Source: Candidatus Kerfeldbacteria bacterium RIFCSPLOWO2_02_FULL_42_19
GTDB lineage: Bacteria; Patescibacteriota; Patescibacteriia; HO2-48-17
Length of the DNA stretch: 64,000 bases
NCBI GenBank assembly: GCA_001818315.1
Contig: MHKF01000012.1
Span: 251,149-315,148 of the forward strand
Direction: 5' to 3'
Position numbers and translations under genes: made by a program. The notes below the pieces were generated by a model. The model worked only from the letters and a program-made list of their open reading frames with translations, searched no databases and was not told the DNA's origin. Below, piece by piece: positions 9,678 through 19,975 of this stretch. Position 1 is the first letter of the stretch; each line of letters starts with the position of its first letter.

Positions 9678-9848
9678 GGAGGGCGTGATATTTTTTTCTG
9701 ACATATATTTTTAGGCTAACATACGATTTCCTTCTTGCCAATACGTGTGTTATCCACAGGTTGCATTTGACATTCTTTTTTCTTGTGATATTCTCATAAG
9801 TGATGGGCGAGTCCTCTCGGAAACGAGGGGGCTTTTGCTTTTTGTTGC

Positions 9849-11354
9849 ATGCGATTGCATTCATCACAGGGATTTTTTGTTTTTGGACTTGGTTTCTGCT
9901 GTGGGGTATTTGTTGGTTTGTTATTCCCGAACAGCATTTGGATTTTTTCTTTAGCGATTGTTTTAGCGGTTTTTCTGGTTTGGTTATTTTGTGCTTTTTT
10001 GCGGAATAGAGCTATTTTTGATTTTTCACTTACAGTTTTTTTCTTTGCAAGCGGACTTTTGTGTGTCGGGATATTGTTAGGATTTTTTCCTGTTGTGTTG
10101 CGCGAGAAGTCTGCATTGCGTGCTGTTGAGATTTCGCCTACACATTCTTCTCTTTTTGAAGGAATCGTGACTGACGTTGATCAGCGCATCAATTATACGC
10201 GACTCGTTGTGCGTGTTTCTGGAGCTGTCGGTGACACATCCCTGTTGAATGAGAATGTACTCGTGACAGCCCCTTTGTATCCGGAATACAACTCTGGCGA
10301 TGTATTGCAACTGCAATGTCGTTTGCAGCAGCCTCAACCCATTGGTTTATTCCGTTATGATCGTTTTTTAGTATCGCAGGGTATTCAATGGACGTGTTAT
10401 TATCCGAACATTACTTGGCTAGGACGAACTTCTCTTGCTTGGTATCAGCATTTTGCGGTGTATAGAACACGTTTACTTCGTCGGATCAATAGCATGTTGT
10501 CGGAACCGTATGCGTCGCTGCTCGCAGGACTTCTTCTGGGCGTACGACGCGGTTTTCCACAAGAGCTTTCTCGTGTTTTTCAGAGAACCGGTACAAGTCA
10601 CGTACTTGCGATTTCGGGCTATAATGTTTCGCTGGTGAGTACGTTTTTACTCGTTTTCGCTATCCGGATTGGATTTTCTCGAAAAAAAGCTTTGATGATA
10701 GTGGGTTGCGGCATTGTTTTGTTTACTGTGTTTGTTGGTGCTTCGGCGTCGGTGATTCGTGCGAGTCTGATGGCACTTCTTATGCTACTCGCACGATATG
10801 TCGCTCGCCCTGCTGGTTCACGACAGATTTTTATGTTGGTTGCTTTTTTGGTTGCGTTGTTTCGTCCAGAATTATTTGTCTTTGATATTGGATTTCATCT
10901 TTCGTTTCTTGCCACATTAGGACTTGTATATCTTGCGCCTTTCTTTGAAAAAGTATTCCAAGGTTTGCCAGAGCAGTGGGGTTTGCGTGAGAATGCGGCG
11001 TCAACTCTTTCGGCGCTTGTTGCGACTCTTCCTCTCACTGTATTTCAGTTCCGCGGGGTTTCGCTGGTAGCGATGATCGCGAATATGGCCATACTTCCAG
11101 TGATTCCTTTCGTGATGCTGTTCGGAACACTGGAGGTCATTCTGAGTATACTTCCTCAATTCATCGCATTTATTTTTCTGTGGCCTACGTGGCTTTTGCT
11201 TACGTATGTATTATTTGTCTTGGAGCATCTTGCACGTTGGTCATGGGCGTATCGCGAAACGCCACAACTGCCGTGGCAGTTCATTGTTATTTGGTATGGT
11301 CTTTTGTGTTTTTGTTTTGTGCGCCGGTCACGATATTTTCAGCTTCATCACTAA
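9849..11354 (+). CDS. comEC: ComEC/Rec2 competence membrane domain
   Basis: GTSHVLAISGYN, ASVIRASLM, GFHLSFLAT. Confidence 0.93.
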   Translation: MRLHSSQGFFVFGLGFCCGVFVGLLFPNSIWIFSLAIVLAVFLVWLFCAFLRNRAIFDFSLTVFFFASGLLCVGILLGFFPVVLREKSALRAVEISPTHSSLFEGIVTDVDQRINYTRLVVRVSGAVGDTSLLNENVLVTAPLYPEYNSGDVLQLQCRLQQPQPIGLFRYDRFLVSQGIQWTCYYPNITWLGRTSLAWYQHFAVYRTRLLRRINSMLSEPYASLLAGLLLGVRRGFPQELSRVFQRTGTSHVLAISGYNVSLVSTFLLVFAIRIGFSRKKALMIVGCGIVLFTVFVGASASVIRASLMALLMLLARYVARPAGSRQIFMLVAFLVALFRPELFVFDIGFHLSFLATLGLVYLAPFFEKVFQGLPEQWGLRENAASTLSALVATLPLTVFQFRGVSLVAMIANMAILPVIPFVMLFGTLEVILSILPQFIAFIFLWPTWLLLTYVLFVLEHLARWSWAYRETPQLPWQFIVIWYGLLCFCFVRRSRYFQLHH

Positions 11355-11381
11355 CGTTTCTTAATTGATATTTTTCTCTTT

Positions 11382-12272
11382 GTGATGCGTGTTGTGCGAT
11401 ATAGTTTATTTGTTACCTTTCTCGCAGGCTTTTTTATTTCGTATGTTCTTTGGCATCAACGCGATATACTTTTGGTTTCTTTTTTCGATGTTGGTCAAGG
11501 AGACAGTACGTATATCCGCACTCCCTCCGGCGCTGATATTCTGATTGACGCTGGACCAGATTTGCTCACGCTCCATCGTTTGGGTCGACGTATGCCTTGG
11601 TATGATCGGCGTCTGGAACTTTTGGTACTTACTCATCCGGATAGTGATCACATCACCGCTGCTGTTGAAATTTTACGAAGGTATGAGGTGTTGCATATTT
11701 TGCTGCCAAACGTGGCGAATGATACGCCGGTATTTCACGCAATACACCAAGAGATTGAACAACAACACAGTGATGTACATTTCGCTGCTGTGGGTGAATC
11801 TTTGCAATTAGATAAAGTTCGCATTGACGTTTTACATCCGTCGTTCGCGGAGTATCCCAACAATGCTTCCATGCCTTTGGATGCTCGATTGCAACCTCCC
11901 ACGAACGATCTTTCGGTTGTGATGCTGCTTACGTATGGCGCGAATCGTTTTCTTTTTACTGGAGACGCAACTCGTAAACTAGAAGAAACAATGCTCAGAC
12001 GCGGCCTTGTAACACAGGTTCAATTTTTAAAAGTTGCCCATCACGGAAGTCGTACGTCAACGCATTGGGAATTTTTGGAGCAGGTTCGTCCGGAGATCGC
12101 GGTAATATCCGTCGGTCAAGAAAACCGCTTTGGACATCCACATCGCGAGGTTTTAGAACGACTCCAAAACATTGGCGCGACGATTCTCCGCACCGATATC
12201 TACGGAACTATTCATGCCGAGTGTGATCTACAACAATGTCGCTGGTCTTTTGAGAAGCACGATGCGCTATAG
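11382..12272 (+). CDS. ComEC-associated metallo-beta-lactamase domain protein
   Basis: FFDVGQGDS, THPDSDH, FTGDA, KVAHHGSRTS, NRFGHPH. Confidence 0.93.
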   Translation: MMRVVRYSLFVTFLAGFFISYVLWHQRDILLVSFFDVGQGDSTYIRTPSGADILIDAGPDLLTLHRLGRRMPWYDRRLELLVLTHPDSDHITAAVEILRRYEVLHILLPNVANDTPVFHAIHQEIEQQHSDVHFAAVGESLQLDKVRIDVLHPSFAEYPNNASMPLDARLQPPTNDLSVVMLLTYGANRFLFTGDATRKLEETMLRRGLVTQVQFLKVAHHGSRTSTHWEFLEQVRPEIAVISVGQENRFGHPHREVLERLQNIGATILRTDIYGTIHAECDLQQCRWSFEKHDAL

Positions 12273-13442
12273 ACCAAAATATTGTGCGAGTGTTTCGGCG
12301 TAAAGAATACTCCCTTGAATAAGTTCGTCGATCACAACATATTCATTGGGAACATGCGCTAATGCATCGTTGCCTGGATAATGAACTACGGACGGTATAC
12401 CCTTTTCGTAGAGATTTTTTGCCACGGTATTACCGCCGAATGTTTTGTACTTCATCGGTATGCGAAGTTTTTTTGCGGCTTTGTGAAAGCTTTGTGCGAT
12501 TTCTGAATCAAGACTTACAATATGTGGTTGAGTCTCGTGTTGTATTTGAAGTGTGAGTTTTGCGTATGGATAACGTTTTTTCACTTGCGTCACGATACGC
12601 TGGAGTGCCTTGAGTACATCGTGACTTGTAATGCCTTGGGGAAGACGAAAATCGATCACAGCTTCTGTTTTTGCGGGCACAACGTTTGCGGCAATACCGC
12701 CGGTGATCGTTCCAACGTTCATAGTCCATCCGTCAAACGCGGGATGAAACTTTTTCGGAAGCCGTAGTTCTTTGAGTGCATCTACAAAAGCGGCAAGCGG
12801 TTCAATAGCGTTTTTCCCCAGTGCAGGCGTTGATCCGTGTGCTTGCACGCCCGTGCTCGTTACTTGAATCCAGCAGACGCCTTTTTCCCCATAAATTGAG
12901 AGATTCATTTTCCCTCCATCGGGAATGATCGCAGCGTCAAAGCGCACTAACCCTTCGTTAAGTAAATAGATGATGCCAAGCGATGAACCCAATTCTTCAT
13001 CTGCAGCTGCGATGAGTATAATTCGTCCGTCGAAATGGAGGTGTTCTGCGATAAAAGCTTTGCATGCAGAATACGCACATGCAAATGAACCTTTGTCGTC
13101 CAGCGTTCCACGACCATAGATTCTGCCTTTCTTGAGAGTTGGCGTAAAAGGATCGGTATGCCACAACTCTCGGTCTCCTGGTGGAACCGTATCCATGTGA
13201 CTGACAAAAGCAATGGATTTTTTTCCTTTGCCGATAGTGCCGACAATATTGAGTCTGCCAGATTTTTTTTCGTGGTACGATACTTTCATTCCGAGTGCTT
13301 TCATCCTGCGCGTGATGATGTCTTTGACACGATATTCATTCCCCGGCGGATTCACAGTATTTTTTCGTACGAGTTCGCTTACGATGTGAATAATTTCTTT
13401 TCGGGCAATATGTTTGGCGTAGCGTGAAGATGTATACGACAT
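12267..13442 (-). CDS. M20 family metallopeptidase (ArgE/DapE-like)
   Basis: SHMDTVP, GRGTLDDKG, ADEE, QAHGSTP, AHVPNE. Confidence 0.93.
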   Translation of the reverse strand: MSYTSSRYAKHIARKEIIHIVSELVRKNTVNPPGNEYRVKDIITRRMKALGMKVSYHEKKSGRLNIVGTIGKGKKSIAFVSHMDTVPPGDRELWHTDPFTPTLKKGRIYGRGTLDDKGSFACAYSACKAFIAEHLHFDGRIILIAAADEELGSSLGIIYLLNEGLVRFDAAIIPDGGKMNLSIYGEKGVCWIQVTSTGVQAHGSTPALGKNAIEPLAAFVDALKELRLPKKFHPAFDGWTMNVGTITGGIAANVVPAKTEAVIDFRLPQGITSHDVLKALQRIVTQVKKRYPYAKLTLQIQHETQPHIVSLDSEIAQSFHKAAKKLRIPMKYKTFGGNTVAKNLYEKGIPSVVHYPGNDALAHVPNEYVVIDELIQGSILYAETLAQYFGL

Positions 13443-13558
13443 AGGTGCATTATAATATTTTTTTTTCGTTGACGGAAATGTTGATTTTCGCTACGATCCA
13501 GAAGTTGTAGAGGGATATACACAAAGAAACTGTCCGTACTTTTTGAAAGGAAACGATC

Positions 13559-14425
13559 ATGAACCAAGGGCTCGTTGGATATGTTGAGATCCTGTCGGTA
13601 GTTGTATGTTGGTCGATCATCAGTGGGGCATTGATACCGTGGATACAACTCGATCCTTTTGTGCTCTATCCCATCAGTGCTTTTATTGCGGCTCTTACTT
13701 GTCTTGCGCTATGTTTCGCGCAGTGGAGAACGATTTGGGGTTCGCTGCATTATGAACTCCTCTGGCCTCTCTTTCATATTTGCCTGCTGGTGGGCCTCAA
13801 CAACTTGCTTTTTTTTGCGGCACTTAAGACGACCTCGGTAGCGAACGCGATACTCACGCACTATCTTTGTCCTCTTCTCCTTGTGACGGTATTTGCGCCA
13901 CTTATCCTTCGAGAACGCATACTGCGGAAGCATCTGATCTCCGCAGTGCTCGGTCTGTTGGGACTCTTCGTTGTCCTGTGGGATCAGTTTGGCGCCGATA
14001 CTTTGAACATCGGTCTCGTGTGGGGTTTTGCTTCGGCTATCTTTTATGCCTGGCACCTGACACTTGAAAGTCGCTTAGCCACTCTGACGACATTGCATCC
14101 CGCTGCAGCGGCGGTATTCAAACACGGACTCCCGGCTCTGATTCTTTCGCCTGTAGCGCTGGATCACATTGTTGCGAACGGCCTGAATCTTGCGGACTTT
14201 GGAAAACTCTTTCTTCTTGGATCGTTCGGTTTTACGTTTATTCTCCAATACCGAGGACTTGGGAAGATTTCGAGTCAAGAAGCCGCGATTCTCTTTTACG
14301 GAGAGCCGATCGCGGCTATCTTTTGGGCCTATATCATTTGGAGTCAACCTGTTTCTTTTGCGACGTTCGTTGGCGGAACCTTGATTGTCGCTGCCGGCAT
14401 TATCGCTATACGAGGCCGACAATGA
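13559..14425 (+). CDS. DMT/EamA family transporter
   Basis: About ten hydrophobic segments; FFAALKTTSVANA; YGEPIAAIFWA. Confidence 0.88.
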   Translation: MNQGLVGYVEILSVVVCWSIISGALIPWIQLDPFVLYPISAFIAALTCLALCFAQWRTIWGSLHYELLWPLFHICLLVGLNNLLFFAALKTTSVANAILTHYLCPLLLVTVFAPLILRERILRKHLISAVLGLLGLFVVLWDQFGADTLNIGLVWGFASAIFYAWHLTLESRLATLTTLHPAAAAVFKHGLPALILSPVALDHIVANGLNLADFGKLFLLGSFGFTFILQYRGLGKISSQEAAILFYGEPIAAIFWAYIIWSQPVSFATFVGGTLIVAAGIIAIRGRQ

Positions 14426-14598
14426 ACAGTATGCATTGGTATTTTGAAGAGCGCGTTCACGAACGGTTTTTCTCGTTTTTTGGACGCGCTTTCTGTTTTG
14501 TATGAGTCTTTTTTAGAGTTTCATCATGTTTTTTGGCTTGATGACGAATGTGTTCATTATGTGCTACATTTGTAGTAAAGATTTTTTGTTTTTGTACT

Positions 14599-15462
14599 AT
14601 GTCGAATGAAGGGCAGCATTCTTATGAAGAGCATATTGCGGAGGAAGCATCACTGACTAAAAAACAACGTCGCGAGTTTCGTAAAGAGGAAGAGTTTGCA
14701 CGTCGAGCGTTGCAGAAAACAAAAGTGCGGCGTGATAAAGCATCCATGGCATTGATTGTTGCCATTGTGATTATCGTAGTTGCAGGGCTGCTCGTGTATC
14801 TCAAGCGTCCGGTTGATATTTCTCAAGTCGATACTTCTGCGGATCCTGTACGCGGAGCATCGAATCCTAAGGTTGTCATTCAAGAGTATGGAGATTTTCA
14901 GTGTGGCGCATGTTTGCAAGCCGAAACTGCACTGAAGCAAATTTTGGAAGCATATCCCGATACTGTTCAGCTCGTTTTTAAGGATTTTCCGTTGCGGACT
15001 ACTCATCTTTTGGCGCAAGCTGCAAGTGAAGCAGCACAATGCGCGTACAAGCAGAATACATTTTGGGAGTATCATGACGCGCTTTATGATCAGCAGACGA
15101 CGTGGAGTTCCATGTCCTCCACTGACTTTACGAATTTTCTAAAGACTCTTGCCACGCAAGTTGGAGTGAGTGATCAAGCTGCTTTTGAAAACTGCGTCGA
15201 TCAACGTGAAACGCGCGCTTCGGTGGATGCCGATGCTGCTATCGGTGATGGTTTACGTGTTCAATCGACGCCTACCTTCTTCGTGAACGGTGAACGAGTT
15301 GTTGGCGCAGTTCCTTTCGCCGAATTGCAAAAGATCATCGAAAAGAAACTTTCGGAAATCCCGCAAGATGCCGAAAAAAATACCAATCTTTTGAATGACC
15401 CACTCTTGAATGCGAATGCTGCCAATACCAATACTCTGAATATGTCGACCCCGGTACAATAA
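14599..15462 (+). CDS. DsbA-family thioredoxin-fold protein (CGAC)
   Basis: YGDFQCGAC, FKDFPL, QSTPTFFVNG; N-terminal TM segment. Confidence 0.92.
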   Translation: MSNEGQHSYEEHIAEEASLTKKQRREFRKEEEFARRALQKTKVRRDKASMALIVAIVIIVVAGLLVYLKRPVDISQVDTSADPVRGASNPKVVIQEYGDFQCGACLQAETALKQILEAYPDTVQLVFKDFPLRTTHLLAQAASEAAQCAYKQNTFWEYHDALYDQQTTWSSMSSTDFTNFLKTLATQVGVSDQAAFENCVDQRETRASVDADAAIGDGLRVQSTPTFFVNGERVVGAVPFAELQKIIEKKLSEIPQDAEKNTNLLNDPLLNANAANTNTLNMSTPVQ

Positions 15463-15495
15463 GTTCGTTTCTTTATTTTTTTACTGTTATTTGTA

Positions 15496-15655
15496 GTGAG
15501 AGGCAGGGATGCATATATTTTTTTCAAATGCTGTGATATCCAAACATGAACGATCTGTATTTGAAAGAGTTGCTGTAGTGCACACTTCCTTTCTGTATCT
15601 ACACAGTTGCTTATCACAACACATTTGAAAAAATTTATGCATCCCTGCCTCTCAC
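15496..15655. repeat. Long inverted repeat (~43-bp arms)
   Basis: GTGAGAGGCAGGGATGCATA...TTTTTTCAAATG / CATTTGAAAAAA...TATGCATCCCTGCCTCTCAC. Confidence 0.85.
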
Positions 15656-15676
15656 GATCGAAAAATCAAAAAGCCT

Positions 15677-16165
15677 ATGAGCAGTGCTTCTTCAAAGGTA
15701 TCTTATAAAGAATTGATCTGTTTCATCCTGCGTGTTCTTGTAGGATCACTTTTTATCACTTCTGGGATTTTGAAATTGTTGCAACCAACTGAAGAATTTA
15801 TTGCCCTCGTTCATGGATATCGCTTACTTCCTTTTGCGCTTGTACCGCTGTATGCGCGCATACTTCCTTGGTTTGAACTTGTTTTGGGAGTATTTTTTCT
15901 CCTCGGTTGGTATCAAAAATGGGCTGGTTTTGGAATCGCCCTTCTTCTTGTGAGTTTTATTATCGCTTTAATTTTAGTGCTTGCGCGCAATATTCCTTTA
16001 CAGAATTGTGGATGTTTCGGCGGTAAGCTCGGTGCGTTACTCGGAGAAAAACCGTGGGAAGTCTTAGTACGTAATTTTGTTTTATTGGGAGCTGTTGCTC
16101 TGGTTGTCCGGAATCAGATATCGCGTTGGTCACTTGATTATTGGTTTAGTAAGAAGTCTTTATAA
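15677..16165 (+). CDS. DoxX/MauE family membrane protein
   Basis: LPWFELVLG; NCGCFGG; RNFVLL. Confidence 0.88.
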   Translation: MSSASSKVSYKELICFILRVLVGSLFITSGILKLLQPTEEFIALVHGYRLLPFALVPLYARILPWFELVLGVFFLLGWYQKWAGFGIALLLVSFIIALILVLARNIPLQNCGCFGGKLGALLGEKPWEVLVRNFVLLGAVALVVRNQISRWSLDYWFSKKSL

Positions 16166-16172
16166 GCATGCT

Positions 16173-16970
16173 ATGGAAGTCGCACGTATGTTTCGTCCAT
16201 GGTACAAACGTTGGTGGGGACTCCTCATTGTGTTTGTGTTTTCCATTTTGATTCTTTTTCTTACTGTTTTTAGCCTTCTGACTTTTTCTGTGTATCGAGG
16301 TTTAAAAAAAGGTACCTTTAATTACGAACGGTATTTTGGTTCCGCGGTTTCAAGCGATATCAATGCACTCGGAGAGAGACAACTTCCAGTGGATGTTTCG
16401 GTTGATGATGATCCGGCGACTGGCAATCTCATCGATCCTAAAGTAGTGATTATTGCCTTTGAGGATTTTCAGTGTCCTTTTTGCGGTGAAGCCTTTCCGA
16501 CTGTGAAAGAAATTGTCAAATTGTATGGCGATGAGATACAATTTGTGTACCGCGATTTTCCTGTTTCATCGATTCATGAGGATGCACAAAAAGCGGCTGA
16601 GGCAGCGGAATGTGCCGAAGATCAAGGAAAATTTTGGGAAATGCATGATATGATTTACCTGAATCAGGACACCATGCGTGTAGCAGATTTGAAGCGTTTT
16701 GCTGCTGATCTTAGTTTAGATATGGCGACTTTCGGACGGTGTCTGGATAGCGGCCAGTATGAAGAAGAGGTGCGAAATGACTTGCGTGATGGAATCATCG
16801 CTGGCGTCACCGGCACACCGACATTTTTCATGAATGGATTTAAAATTGCGGGTGCGGTTCCATTGGATATTTTGAAACGTCTGATAGAGGCGGAAATTGC
16901 GCGGCAGACGAGTCTTGAGTTCATGAATCGACCTGATGTGAGTGAACCTGTGAATACTTCTGCGCCTTGA
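16173..16970 (+). CDS. DsbA-family thioredoxin-fold protein (CPFC)
   Basis: FEDFQCPFC, YRDFP, GVTGTPTFFMNG. Confidence 0.93.
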   Translation: MEVARMFRPWYKRWWGLLIVFVFSILILFLTVFSLLTFSVYRGLKKGTFNYERYFGSAVSSDINALGERQLPVDVSVDDDPATGNLIDPKVVIIAFEDFQCPFCGEAFPTVKEIVKLYGDEIQFVYRDFPVSSIHEDAQKAAEAAECAEDQGKFWEMHDMIYLNQDTMRVADLKRFAADLSLDMATFGRCLDSGQYEEEVRNDLRDGIIAGVTGTPTFFMNGFKIAGAVPLDILKRLIEAEIARQTSLEFMNRPDVSEPVNTSAP

Positions 16971-17097
16971 ATGACGAAAGTGTATACGAGGGGTCTTGTC
17001 ACCGATTTACCTCCTCCGTGCTCATCCTGATCAAAACGGGATTGCGCGCGGTGAAGGTGAATCGGTGCCACCCCTCAATAGAACGTTTCGTCATTCA
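16968..17097. repeat. ~130-nt imperfect hairpin upstream of fbp
   Basis: TGAATGACGAAA/TTTCGTCATTCA enclosing GAGGGG/CCCCTC, CACCGATTTACCT/AGGTGAATCGGTG and ATCCTG/CGGGAT. Confidence 0.7.
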
Positions 17098-17121
17098 CTG
17101 TCTCTCATTGTAAACAAATAT

Positions 17122-18102
17122 ATGCAACTTCCTACATCTCTTACACAATATCTTCTTCAACATTTGTCCCAGCATCCGGATCAAAAGGACCTTGTGCTTA
17201 TGATGTCTGAACTAGCGGTGATTGGAAAAATTATTTCTAAGGAAACGAATCGCGCGGGACTTTCTGGTATTCTCGGCGCTGTTGGAATGACGAATATTCA
17301 GGAAGAGCAAGTACAGAAGCTTGATGTTTTTGCCAATGAACTGTGCAAGTCATATCTGAAAAATTCCGGTTATTTTGCGGCCTTGGCATCCGAAGAAGAA
17401 GAACATGTTGTGAATCTTGAGAAAAGTGACGCGCAGTATATTATCGCTTTTGATCCTTTGGACGGTTCGAGTAACATTGATGTGAACGTGAGTATCGGCA
17501 CGATTTTTTCCGTACTCCGTGTGCAGGAAGGAATGCCAGCAGCAAGCGAGCAGCAATTTTTTCAGAAAGCGTCAGCGCAAGTACTTGCTGGTTATCTTTT
17601 GTACGGTTCGAGCACAGTACTTGTTTTTAGTTTTGGTGCAGGCGTTCATGAGTTTACCTTGGATCAGACAGTTGGCGAATTTTTGCTTTCTCGAGGCAAT
17701 ATTCAGCTTCCGGAAGGCGGTCAGACCTACAGCGTGAACGAAGGGAATACACGGTATTTTTCATCAGAGGATAAACGTTTTATCGACGCTCTAAAATTCG
17801 ATCGCGGGATGAGTAGTCGTTATGTCGGTTCGCTCGTCGCTGATTTTCATCGCACGCTGCTTACGGGCGGTATCTTTTTGTACCCGGGGATTGATAAAGA
17901 TGGTTCGGGTGTGTATAAGGGTAAGCTTCGTTTGAATTACGAGGTGAAGCCGCTTGCTTTTATGTTAGCTCAAGCTGGGGGGTATTCTACGGATGGGCAA
18001 AGCGATCTTGTGGAGCGTGTGCCTGTGAAATTACATGAACGTGTACCGTTTATTTTTGGGAATCGTGCCCTTGTGGAAGCATATCAAAATGAGCGTCGTT
18101 GA
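17122..18102 (+). CDS. fbp: Class I fructose-1,6-bisphosphatase
   Basis: QKLDVFAN, ASEE, FDPLDGSSNIDVNVSIGTIFS, RYVGSLVADFHR, GKLRLNYE. Confidence 0.96.
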   Translation: MQLPTSLTQYLLQHLSQHPDQKDLVLMMSELAVIGKIISKETNRAGLSGILGAVGMTNIQEEQVQKLDVFANELCKSYLKNSGYFAALASEEEEHVVNLEKSDAQYIIAFDPLDGSSNIDVNVSIGTIFSVLRVQEGMPAASEQQFFQKASAQVLAGYLLYGSSTVLVFSFGAGVHEFTLDQTVGEFLLSRGNIQLPEGGQTYSVNEGNTRYFSSEDKRFIDALKFDRGMSSRYVGSLVADFHRTLLTGGIFLYPGIDKDGSGVYKGKLRLNYEVKPLAFMLAQAGGYSTDGQSDLVERVPVKLHERVPFIFGNRALVEAYQNERR

Positions 18103-18118
18103 TACTCTCTTCAACTTG

Positions 18119-18268
18119 TTCCCCGGGATAAATTTTTTTCAGAACACACGGAAAAGTGTCCTGCAAAAAATTATCCCAGGGAGCGAGTTGAATCGACTTG
18201 CATACTTTCATAGCTAAGGAAAAGTGTCCTGCAAAACAATACCCCGCAGGAGAGAGCGAGAGTTTCAT
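18119..18268. repeat. Hairpin plus partial tandem duplication
   Basis: GGGATAAATTTTTT...AAAAAATTATCCC stem; GGAAAAGTGTCCTGCAAAA occurs at 18150 and again at 18218. Confidence 0.7.
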
Positions 18269-18311
18269 CTTCACTCGAGTGCACTGTTTCCTAAATTTTT
18301 AACCTCATTTT

Positions 18312-19388
18312 ATGTCCGAACTCTTTCACAACATTGAAACTATACTCGGTGACGATGCCGAATCTCTTTTGTCGCATACGTGCAAAACTATCCGAAAGGA
18401 AAAATTGCATCTCCCGGGACCTCATTTTTTCGAAGATGTTTTTTCCATTTCAGATCGTTCATTGCAGGTTATGAAAAATCTTGCGCAATTGCGCGATCAC
18501 GGAAGGCTTTCCGGGACTGGCTATATTTCTATTTTGCCTGTGGATCAGGGTATTGAACATTCCGCCGGGGCATCGTTTGCAAAAAATCCCGATTATTTTG
18601 ATCCGGAAAATATTGTAAAACTCGCTATCGAAGGCGGATGCAATGGAGTTGCTTCGACGATTGGCGTGCTTGGCATGGTAAGTAAAAAATATGCTGATCG
18701 TATTCCCTTTATAGTCAAACTCAATCATAACGAGCTTTTGAGTTTTCCGAATACACATGATCAAATTATGTTTGCTTCTGTGGAACAAGCGTATAATCTT
18801 GGCGCTCGCGGCGTTGGGGCGACGATCTATTTTGGCTCCAAAGAATCTCATCGGCAAATTCAAGAAGTGAGCCTTGCCTTTCATGAAGCCCACCGGCGCG
18901 GCATGTTTACGATCCTCTGGTGTTACCTTCGCAATAGCGCTTTTAAAGTAGACGGAAAAGATTATCATGCTGCCGCGGACCTTACGGGGCAAGCGAATCA
19001 TCTTGGAGCGACGATTAAAGCAGATATTATTAAACAGAAATTTCCCAACATCAACGGTGGATACAAGGCTCTTAATACTGGAGAAAAGAAGTTTGGAAAA
19101 TTCGATGAACGTATGTACACAAACCTTGCGAGTGATCACCCTATTGATCTTTGCCGTTATCAAATCGTGAATAATTATATGGGTCGTGTCGGGCTTATTA
19201 ACTCAGGTGGGGAGTCCGGAAAAAACGATCTTCATGATGTTGTTTTTACCGCTGTTGCGAATAAACGCGCTGGCGGCATGGGGCTGATTGTTGGGCGGAA
19301 ATCATTTCAGAAATCCTTTGAAGAGGGCGTGAAGTTGTTACATGCCGTGCAAGACGTGTATAGGTGCAAGGAAATTACTATCGCGTAA
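18312..19388 (+). CDS. fbaB: Class I fructose-bisphosphate aldolase (DhnA/FbaB)
   Basis: [41 protein letters not shown]. Confidence 0.96.
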   Translation: MSELFHNIETILGDDAESLLSHTCKTIRKEKLHLPGPHFFEDVFSISDRSLQVMKNLAQLRDHGRLSGTGYISILPVDQGIEHSAGASFAKNPDYFDPENIVKLAIEGGCNGVASTIGVLGMVSKKYADRIPFIVKLNHNELLSFPNTHDQIMFASVEQAYNLGARGVGATIYFGSKESHRQIQEVSLAFHEAHRRGMFTILWCYLRNSAFKVDGKDYHAAADLTGQANHLGATIKADIIKQKFPNINGGYKALNTGEKKFGKFDERMYTNLASDHPIDLCRYQIVNNYMGRVGLINSGGESGKNDLHDVVFTAVANKRAGGMGLIVGRKSFQKSFEEGVKLLHAVQDVYRCKEITIA

Positions 19389-19528
19389 GCTCGTGACAAA
19401 ACGATTCTTATCCAACCTGATAGGCTTTCTTCATGGGCGACTCTTTTTGTGAGCTGGCACGGTTCGAGCGAAATGCATTTGTGTTGGCGATGTTTTTTGC
19501 AAGCTGGTATAATGTGAGTAACATTTCT

Positions 19529-19975
19529 ATGTTGTATCTTGGTACAGATCATCAGGGTTTTCGTACAAAAGAGCGTTTAAAACATTGGCTTGAAAGTAAG
19601 CAAATTCCCTATAAAGACATGGGATCATTTTCTTTTCATAAGGCCGATGATTATCCTGATTTTGCTAGTTTTGTTGCTCGGGCAGTGCAACAGTCGCCCC
19701 AGAGGCATCGCGGCATACTTTTGTGCGGTTCTGGAGTTGGTGTGAGTATTGTAGCGAATAAATTTCGGAATATCCGTGCGGCTCTCTGTGCGACACCCGC
19801 TATTGCCAAAGCTTCTCGGAGCGATGATAACAGTAATGTGCTGGCACTTCCAGCAAGTTTTCTTTCTTGGCCAGCACTTCAGCGTATTGTTTCGGTATGG
19901 CTCACAGCGCCTTTTAGTGGGTTTTCGCGTCATAAACGACGCATTGCAAAAATTCATCGCATCGAACGACTATGA
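19529..19975 (+). CDS. rpiB: Ribose-5-phosphate isomerase B
   Basis: LGTDHQG, DDYPD, LLCGSGVG, ANKFRNIRAAL, RHKRR. Confidence 0.93.
   Translation: MLYLGTDHQGFRTKERLKHWLESKQIPYKDMGSFSFHKADDYPDFASFVARAVQQSPQRHRGILLCGSGVGVSIVANKFRNIRAALCATPAIAKASRSDDNSNVLALPASFLSWPALQRIVSVWLTAPFSGFSRHKRRIAKIHRIERL

Noticed and set aside
9750-9758. Replication origin
   Set aside because: Single DnaA box, with no cluster and no dnaA/dnaN nearby.
18150-18236. Mini CRISPR array
   Set aside because: Only two 19-bp repeats, and no cas genes or leader.
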